From NCBI GenBank assembly GCA_951406725.2, contig OX597816.1, forward strand, positions 178,994,001-179,058,000: 64,000 nucleotides of DNA, read 5' to 3'. A program made the translations under genes and the position numbers. Source of the DNA: Octopus vulgaris (Eukaryota). Within the stretch, counting starts at the first letter, position 1, and each line of letters starts with the position of its first letter. Shown piece by piece: positions 49,859-60,400 of the stretch. The notes beneath the pieces were generated by a model. It did not search any database, had not been told where the DNA came from, and was given only the letters and a program-made list of their open reading frames with translations.

Positions 49859-52800
49859 GGCAGCTGCAGGAAAAGTATTTAGCCAGAAGGGGAAGGAGAA
49901 AGAGAAAGTGGTATCTGGGACAGGAGAGTGTGAAGATGGTCAGTAAGTGTGTGGTAGCATATTTATGTATGGTTTGGTGTGTGCGTGTGGCAGTAACTGT
50001 GTGTGTGTGTGGTAGCATGTGTGCGTGTGATATTAACTGTGTGTTTGTGTGAGTGTGTGTTAATGTTATTCCGAGAGGTTATAGTGAAAGGTGTGTGAAT
50101 GGGTCTATGTGACTGTATGTGTGTGTGCACATGTGTATGAGTGCATGTGTGTGTCACTCTGTCTCTATGTATATGTGTGTGTGTCTATATGAGTGTGTGT
50201 ATAGTCCACAGATTAGATCCAGAGATTCTCAATATAGAAGTAGGGCACAAAAGATTCAAACTTCGATTCGGTCTTTACAGGAGATTGGTTCTGAGAGGGA
50301 AAGAATGGCTGTAAGAAGGATCAAGGTGAGCAGAGGTAGAGGCAATTGTGCAGATAAACAAATTAGATACATCAAATATATTTAGTATATTAGATTGGAT
50401 ATGAAATACTATATACATATATATGTATACACGCAAAACAAGAGAAAGCAAAAGGTGGAGACTTTCAGACAATGAATTTTTTAGTATAAATATCTCAATA
50501 TTTATATTAATAGGACCAATTTACACAGAGTATAAATGACAGAAAATTAAAGACATGGCTGTGTGGTAAGAAGTTTGCTTCCCAACCACATGGTTCTGGG
50601 TTCAGTTCTACAGCATGACACCTTGGGTATATGTTCTACTATAACCCTGGGCTGACCAAAGCCTTGTGAGTGGATTTGGTAGGTGGAAACTGAAAGAAGC
50701 CTCTTGTATGTGTGTGTGTGTTGATGTCATGTGATAGCTGTAAATGATTGTCACTTCTAATATTCTGAAAGCAAATGTCTGGGGAGGTGAGGGTTAGCAA
50801 CATGAAGAGCATCCAGCCGTAGAAAATCTGTCTCACTAAACTCTGTCCGACCCATACAAGCATGAAAAATGATGATGAGGATAATGAGGATGATGCTTAT
50901 GATCATCTTCATCATTTTACATCCATTCCCTGTTGGCATGGGTTTAATGAGTCATTGCTGTTCTAGATAGTTTGGAGGACCACATCTTTCATCTCTCCTT
51001 CTTCCCAGAGAATGCAGGAGATGTGGGTGATGAAGATGGAGAGAGGTTCCATAAACATATAGCATTAATGGAAAACAGGTGTAAGGGAAGCTGGAGCTTA
51101 GCTCTTCTGGCTGACTTCTGCTGGAATCTGAAGTGTGACACCTGAGATGTCTTATAAATGAAGAAGTAAATACCAAAGTGTAGGTTAATATATTATATAA
51201 TGGTAACAAACATGCCGATTCATTAGGTATTTATGAATTAATTACAATTGACATAATTAATCTGACTTTGGGAGCTAAATAAATTTATGGTATTGTGGTA
51301 ATTGGTATAAATTGCATAGTTATTAAGTTGGTAATTTACAAGAAAATGTGACGATGGGAAATTTTTGTTATAAGATTTGAATTTAGCACAATCAACTTCA
51401 TAATAAAATGTACACGAGGACAGTTTTTTCCCTGACCCTGAAACTTGTTGTACAGTGTAATTAATGTTATAAACTTTTATTATTTTAACTTGAACAACTA
51501 TTTTTGTCTGAGATACTATTTTCTGTTTCTTTAGGACTGGGAAGACAGATATATCCATGAAAATTACAGAGATGTCTTTCAAGATGATGCAGTTGCTGAA
51601 CAGGTATCGTTTGTTATTTAATTCCTAATCCTTCTAACATTTATTTCACTGGATTCATTTTATCTTCAAATTCAATACCAGTGTATTACTATCATGCAGC
51701 ATTTGGTATTCTCTTTCTATGACATCATTAATTATTCAATTGTAGGAATATATACAACCATACGTAAGGAGTTGGTGACAAATGTCTCCTTTTTAACGCT
51801 GCACGGTCGTTCTTAACAAAATAAGAAACCATATACGTAATATAACATACAGTGCCAAAAGGAATGAATGAGGACAACAAACCGTTCTACTGTTTGAGAG
51901 AGAAGAAGACTTTATTCACAATGTGTACAAAGAGAAAGTGTTGTGTGCATAGTATTTGTGTCTGTGTGTTTGTGTGTGCGACAGAAGGTACAGACAAAAG
52001 GTGTATGCACATAAAACAGAAATACAGAGCTTGAGATAAGTTCTCAGCATATTGAGTAAAGATAGAGTTAGTTTGCCAGTTCATGAGGTACACAATAGCA
52101 AGAATTCTATAACAAGATGTTGTGGGTCACGTGGCAGAGCCGGTTACTACACGTGTAGAAGTTGGGGCTATCATGCCGTGCTGAGTCTCTTGATATAGTA
52201 AGTTCTTTCAGATAGACTGACTGTTTCTTCTCAGTGAAAGATTCACACAAACAGCGTGGAGTTAAACCTGGTTGGTGTTGATGTGTACATGTTGAAGTCA
52301 ACAGAGATGGAGACGACATGGAGTTGAAAGATGGTGATGACAGTGGCGGAGTTGTAGAACGTCCTGTCGGTCACAGGTGTACATTAGCATCGTAGTGGCT
52401 GAAGCAGGAGCATGGTTGGCAGGCTGGTCGTCTGTCACTGGAACTGGAACATGGCTGAGTAGCTCTGTGGTCAGTGACTAGACCCTAAAAGGTCTGAAGC
52501 CGAAAGACGTAGAATAGTGAAGGCAGACTTATTTAAAGGGTTAAAATGGCTCAAAGAAGGGCATCTGAAACACAGTGTGACGAGACCTTATCTAAAGGCC
52601 GTGATTGGTTTGCTTACACACTAGCGCAAAATAAGTAGAGAGACAGACCGTGCTAAATGCCAACCAATCAGATCAGTGTACACAACAGGGTCAAACTAGC
52701 CAAAGATGGTTGTAACCTCAAACGAGATCATTCTTGTTGTGTCTCTCAAAGAGTGAGGATATCAGTATCGCTACAAATTCAATAATATCTTCTCTCTATT

Positions 52801-55800
52801 ATGCTATCAATTTTACATCCCCTCTCTATCCTACTATTTACTTTATATTATCTCTATCTTGCATTTAACTTAGTATGCTTTCTGTGTGTCTATTTCAGCC
52901 TTGTCCTGATGTATTTTGGTTCCCTATTGTTAGTGAGGAATTTTGCAAAGAATTCATTGATGTGAATGAGAATTATGGCAAGTGGTCCAGTGGTCAAAAT
53001 GATGTAAGTCTTTCAGTTTATGCTTATTACTAATCTCCATCCTATCACAATTTTAATATATTTCATAAATGATGTCTCTAGAATCATAAGCATTATTCAG
53101 TCTGTTCAATTTGTCTTCCAACCATGACTGTTGAGTATTTCTTTTTACTTAATGTATCTAGGACTACATCATCCAATCTAACCTTCCTTTTTTTCAGACA
53201 TAAGGTTAATTTGAAAGAGATTTGACCATTATTTCTTAAAGGAACAAGCAACCATGTAAAGACTCCACATTGGTTCACAAACGTCCTAAATGTTTGAATT
53301 TGCAGTAAGACTTATTGCAGAAATTGCAGTCAATCATAACTATAGTAGAAGACCCTTGCCCAAGATGCCACACAGTGGGTCTGAACCCAAAGCCATGTGG
53401 TTGGTAAGCAAGTTACTTACCACACAGCCACTCCTGTGCCTACTATAGACAAATAATTTGTGCAGGTTATTCTGCTAAGAAACAGTGGAACCTTCATTTG
53501 TTATCTGTGACAGGAGAGTCCACAATATGTCACTTAAAATACAGCTATTTTAGAAATGTCAATGTGTAAGTGAGTAATTTATGGAATAACTACTTAGAGA
53601 TCCAGTTTTCTATTGTACTCTGAGCATGTGATTGTATCTGAAGCCAAGAGACTCAACAGCTGAATCCACCGAGTTCTAAGTGGATCTGTTGGTTGGTGTT
53701 GTTTACTGTTGTATTAACTGCTGTATTCAATTCTTGTAGCAAGAAAAGCTGTCTTTATGATAATAGGTGCAGGCTTGGCTGTAAGGCTAGGAAGCACACT
53801 TGTAGTCACATTGGTTTGAGTTCAGTCCCTACACTAGGCACCTTTGGCAAATGTTGTCCACTGTAACCTTAGGTTGACTGATGCCTTGTGAGTAGAGGGA
53901 AACTGTATGGAAGCTTGTGATACACACACACACACACAAAGGGTGCTGAAAAATTCCTGGCTTTGGGTAAATGAAAATACAGGAGGATTAGTTATTTAAG
54001 ATTTTATTTAACATATTCCCGTCTCAGATTCACATACTTATTGCAGCAGTCCTTCAGCTTTTCTAAGCCCTGTAAAAGAACTCAGAAGATTGGGCTTTCA
54101 ACCAGGTCTTTCATGATACCCTTAAAACCAGGAATTTTTCATCACCCCCTCATATGTATGTTTGTAGCCCATGTTTACAGTTGTTTGCTTGTCCTGTAAC
54201 TTAGTGGCTCAACAATAGGATCAATAAAATTCTAGGTTTAAAAATAAGTACTTAAAGAATTCCACAGTGCTGAAATATGCAGATGACATCAAGCTGTACC
54301 TCGAAATAAAGAGGTCAGATCCTGTACTCTATAGATCTTTATTGCAATCAGACCTGGACACAATGCAGCAGTGGATCATGGACTGGCAACTCAAGCTGGC
54401 TGTGGACCACCATGCATTTTGGGAGGAGAAACCCAGCGTCCACCTACTCCCTCCACAACACTAATCTCAAAAAGTCTTCGTGTGAACGTGACCTGGGCAT
54501 TATTATCGATAGCAATTTGCGTTGGACAAAACACATTGCTAAAATTGCCAAGAAGGCTGAGGGTGTCTTGGCATCACTCACCAAGTCCTTTATGAGCTGC
54601 TCTCCGGCTATCTATCTGTGGCTTTATATAGCTATGGTAAGACCTCACCTGGAATTTGCATCACCGGTCTGGAACCCCTATCTTGCCCAAGATATTAATC
54701 ATCTGGAAATCGTTCAGCGACATGCAACAAAGAGAATACCCTCCATCAGGCATTTGCCATATTCTGAATGCATTACTTCCCTGGGCATGAATACATTGAA
54801 ACTCTGATGTCTGGCAGCTGACTTGGCAGACACTCATAAAATTATTAACCATCTTACAAAAATAACTCTGAGCACCTTTTCAAATTCCATCTGTCTAACA
54901 CCCGTGGACATATTTACAAAGTCAGAAAACACCACAGCTCCCATGACTTTAGGAAACATTTTTTCAAGCTAAGAGTTGCTGAAGCATGGAACAGACCGCT
55001 GGCATCAGTTGTTAGTTGTCGGAGCACTGCATCCTTCAAAACTTCCATGCTTCCTGAGATTCGCCAACACTACACCTAATTTTCTCCCCTCCATACACAC
55101 GCAAGCATGTATCTGACTCATACACTGTTCACTTTCCAGACATTTCTACATTACTGCATATGCTTTATATGCACTTTTTGACGAGTTGTGGTGCACCTGA
55201 GCACTGTATACAATAATTTCAACTGAAGTATTGAATGCAATGTCCCAGCATGCCTCGTGCAATGACCGAAATCACTGAAAGAGTGAAAGAATGTGCTTAA
55301 CCCCTTTCTGATTCTAATGAGAATTCATTTTATATTTTGTCTTTAAATTTTCAAAATGGTCAGAAATTATGATTGCATTGAGACATTGAAATCTGACGCT
55401 AGTTTTCACATAATAATGATGTTTTGATAGACCATAGTTTGAATTTAAAATTTCATCAATTAAATTAACGCAGCTTGTGTTGGAAGGGTCAATATTACAA
55501 GTATCAAAGGTAAATAAATTGATTTGTTATGTATTGTTGTAATTAAAGAAAATATTATGTTTTTTTTTTTTTTACTATTTCATTGTTTGTTGTTGTTGCA
55601 GGATCCACGTTTGAATGGTGGATATGAAAATGTCCCAACAATTGATATCCATATGAATCAAATAGGGTATGAGAAAGAATGGCTTCATTTCTTGCACAAG
55701 TATATCACACCTCTTCAGAAGAAGGTCTTTGAAGGTTATCAAAATGAGGTAATGTTTTCTCTTTTGCAATTCTCAGTATCTTACCTTGTTAATGTTCATT

Positions 55801-57400
55801 AAAAGAACCAGAGTTTTCCTGGCTCATTATTATATTAACAACATCATTACTATTGGAGGTATGTGACTTAGTGTAACACAGTTTGACTGGGACTTGTAAG
55901 CGGGTGAGCTATACTAAGCTCCAGTCTGTTTTGGCTTGGTTTCTATGGCTGGATGCCCTTCCAAGAGTGTAGTGGGTGCTTTTCACGTATCACCAGCACA
56001 GGTACCTTTTACGTGTCATCAGCACTGGCCACGACTATGGTTTCACTTGGCTTTGATGTGTCTTCTCCAGATCAGCAAATTCTTTTCTACTCTAGGCACA
56101 AGGTCCGAAATGTTTGGGGATGGGGCCAGTCGATTAGGTTGATCCCAGTACACAACTGGTACTGAATTTATCAACCCCGAAGGGATGAAAGGCATTGTCA
56201 TCTCTTCCAGGCCACATGAAATGTGGCTCATCATTTCACATTACTAAAAGAATTCAAGGTTATTTCCCCTCAGGTGTTCCATTCAGCAAGTCCTGCAGTT
56301 TGCTCATGACTGCATGGGAGTATTGATTTCGAATTTCACTAGGTTTGGGTTTTTTTTCTTTCATTCTTGTATTCTTTTAATCTTTTACTTGTTTCAGTCA
56401 TTTGACTGCAGCCATGCTGGAGCACCGCCTTGACGGGTTTTAGTCAAACAAATCAACCCCAGGACTTATTTTTTTAAAGTCTAATACTTACTCTTTTGTC
56501 AAACCACTGAAGTTACAGGGATGTAAACATATTAACACCAGTTGTGATTGGGGGGACACAGACACAAAGACACACACATGTAGATATACACACACACAAC
56601 AGGCTTCTTTAAGTTTCCATGTATCAAATCCACTCATAAGACTTTCATCGTATAGTAGAAGACACTTGCCCAAGGTGCCACACAGTGGAACTGAACCTGA
56701 GACCATGTGGTTGGGGAACAAGCTTCTTACCACACAACTATGCCTGTATGATTTAATTCATTATTCACCACATGTTGCAGGCCTGGTGTTAAAGTTACAA
56801 ATCATTGTTATAGTGTATTATAATATCCTTTAACATTTAAAGCCGCCATATGCAGCCCATATGTTCTGCCTGTGTATTGTTCAAGTCAGCCATATCTGAC
56901 CTCTCACACCTATGCTACAGTGTCATTCTAAAAATAAGCATTTACATCATTGAAATTTCAAGGCTATGAGATATAGTATGATTAATTCAAAAGAGTGAAT
57001 AAATAAGCATTATATTTGACAGAATAATCTGAATGCTGAAGTATCTGAGTTCAAATCCTGCCAAAGGTAACAACTTATCTTTTCAGCTTTTCAAGGTTAA
57101 TAAGTTACCAGTCAATTGCCAGTGTAGCAATGGGCTCCATGGCTTTCAAATTAACTCTACATGTTAAAAGGGCTCAGAATTTCAGGCCTCGTGATTGTGT
57201 GAGAAATCATCATTGTACTAGTCTTATTAATTAATTAATTAGTAGTATTATGCTGTATAGATTCAGAGTTCACTTTATAACCCTATGGTTTCAGGTTTTA
57301 TCTCACTGCTTTGCACTATGGATGAGTGTCTTCCACTTTAGCCTCAGATTAATACTTTGTGAGTGGAATTGGTACATGGAAACTGTAAGGAAGCCTGTCA

Positions 57401-57431
<31 letters not shown>

Positions 57432-60400
57432 GTGTGCACACACACACACATATTTATATAATGTATATGTGTCTGAGTGAATGTTTACATTCTGTCTTTG
57501 TTGCATGAAACTATGCAATGATGTTATATTTGCATTTCCTGTCTACAAAATGTTTAGTCTCTCTTCCCTTTCAAAGGCAAATGGAATAAAAATATCCCTT
57601 ATCTGAAAAACCCCCCAGATAAATGTTAGTGACAAGAAAGGCATTCAGCTGTAAAATAATGCTGTAATAATAAAATGAAATTATGAAGAAGTTGTCTTTT
57701 GGAAGTGTTATTTTTTCTGCTCTTCTGACTCAATACTGTAAAATGATTTTGCAAAGCCTAGTCTCCCCACTAATTTTTGTGTCTTGGAGAGGAGAACTGC
57801 TCATCCTGATTTGTGTCAAAGCACAAGATTCAAATTTCAATTTCTGTTGATGTAGTTTCTTTTATCTTTTACTTGTTTGTTATTGAACTACTGCCATGCT
57901 AGAGCACTGACTTGAACAGTTTAGTCAAACAAATCGTCCCCAGTATTTATTTTTAAAACCTCATATTTATTCTGTTGGTCTCTATTGCAAATCGCAAAGT
58001 TACAGGGATGTCAACAAACCAACCAGTTGTCAAGCAATGGTGGGGTACAAACAAATACACACACATAGATATATGCACATCTATATATATACAAGCACAC
58101 ACACACACACATACATGGCATGTAAAGAACACCCACTATACTCTCTGAGTGGTTGGCATTTGGAAGGGCACCCAACTGTACAAACCTTGCTAAATCTGAT
58201 CAGAACCTGGAGTGGTTCCCTGGCTTACCAGTTTTCAGTCAAATCATTTAACCTATACCAGCATGGAAAGCAGGCTTTAAATGATGATGATGACATATAT
58301 ATGTATATACACCCACACACGAGCTTCTTTCAGTTTCCATTACCAAATCCACTCACAAGGCTTTGGTTGAACTGGAGCTATAGAAGACACTTGCCCAAGG
58401 TGCCATGCAATGGAACTAATCACTCTACGATTGCAAGTGAGAGATGTGAATTGTTTTAACTGGTCCACTTCAAAGTAGTAACCATGTTATTATTTACCCT
58501 CGTTATTTCATTTTAATGAATTACTAAAAGACTTTTTCTTGCTTTAGCCACCTCAAGCTGTTATGAATTTCATTGTCCGATACAAACCTGATGAACAGCC
58601 ACTATTGCGACCCCACCATGACTCATCAACATTCACCATTAATATTGCCCTCAATACACGAGAAGCTGATTATGAGGTAAGAAAATTTGTTAAATCATCT
58701 GGTTATATATGTATTGAAGAAGCTAATTAAAACCTACCAAAAGTAAAATTTACAATTCTACAAAAAATAAAATATCAACGAATTACAGTTATGGTTCCTA
58801 TATTATCAGCCGAAAGGAATGACGTACCCATTACTGCATGGTTGAGTAGCTGACAATAAGAATGGTGTAAAAATGTGTTCAACAAATGACAATGACCTGG
58901 CCAAGCCATGCTGTGTCTCATTAGCAAGTTCTATTTAAGCAAATGATGGAAGCCTCTACATGGTCACTTGGTCTTTAGAAATAGCAGCTGAATTGTCTTC
59001 AGATCACAGCTGTCTCAGAGAAAGATTACTATATTAGATAAGCCATCCTAGATGAAGTGCTTCAGTATTTTTGATCATTGGTTAGCTGATTAGGCTTAAA
59101 CCCCAGCAACAACTTTCATCTTATCTTCTTCTTGGATTAAAACAATCTCCTTAGACATTTTCTTCTTACTTCATGGTATTTTTTTTTCTCTGAACTTTAA
59201 CCATGCAACATTTAAATCAGCCACAATTGCCGGCCCAAACAGCTCTGCCTGTTTTATGCTCAAAATTAGTCAGATCCAGCCTTACAATGTCATTCTGTAA
59301 GCAAACAATCAAGGCTATGAGATAATGCATTACCATTTTGTCTAATGCAAAGGATATTTATTAACAATTCAAAACATTGTTGATAGATATCCATTACATT
59401 AGACAAAGCAATCTGAACGCTAAAGGGTTTAGGGTCCGTCATCACCATTATTGTAGTTATGTTTATTCTGGCTAATAAGCGATACAATAACAGGTCATGT
59501 GATCTGGACTGCAGATCACATGACCAGGAACTGAAGCCTTGTTATGGCAGTCATTGGTGCTGTCAGCAACAACATTTGCTTCAGTTTGTCATCGTCATCG
59601 GTTGGACAATTTGACACGGAGCTGTCCACACTCCAACTGTCTGTTGTGGCTTGGTTTCTACTGTTGGAAGCCCTTCCTAACGCCAACCATTTAAGTGTTG
59701 TGGTCGTTTTTTTACATTCCACGTGTGTGTTAATGCAGCACAGGCACGTGTGCCTTTTGAGTGGCACCGGCACCTGAAAAAAAAAAACAAGCCTGTATGT
59801 GTGGAAGGCAGTAATTTTACTTAGCTTGGAGTGTCTCATCAAGTACAGCAAATCACACCCCCCCCCCGTCTTGGTCACTTGTCATTTTCTCAGTGAGGCT
59901 GAAGATTCTTTCTCTCCACCTCATCCTACATCTTCCTGGGTTTGCCCCTCCCACAATTAGAGCTTAGTGTTTCTTTACGCAGCCGTCCTCATCCATAGGC
60001 ATCACATGACCAAACCAGTGCAAGTCTTCTCTCTTGCACACAACATCTGATGCCTCTTATACCCAGTTTGATTAACATAAAACAGGTGCCCTTACTTCGT
60101 CCTTGTTGGGTGGTTAACAGTCAGGTGTTCTGCTATAAAAATAGTGTTCGACAAAATAAACTATCCTATTCATGTCTACATGGAAAAATACATATAACAA
60201 AAGGTCTATAACCAATAATGTTTGTTTACAAATGTTACAAGGGGGTGAGGCTGAAAAGTTCGTGGCTTTGGGTAAAAGAAAATACAGGAGAATCAGTGAA
60301 TTATGATTCCATTCAACCAATCTGAGAGGGGAATCCCTCCCAGATCCATACACTTATTGCAGTGGTCCATCAGTTTTTTTAAGCCCTATAAAAGAACTTC

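Noticed and set aside
50200-50350. GIY-YIG endonuclease C-terminal remnant
   Set aside because: Only a vague resemblance with stops; needs an HMM search.
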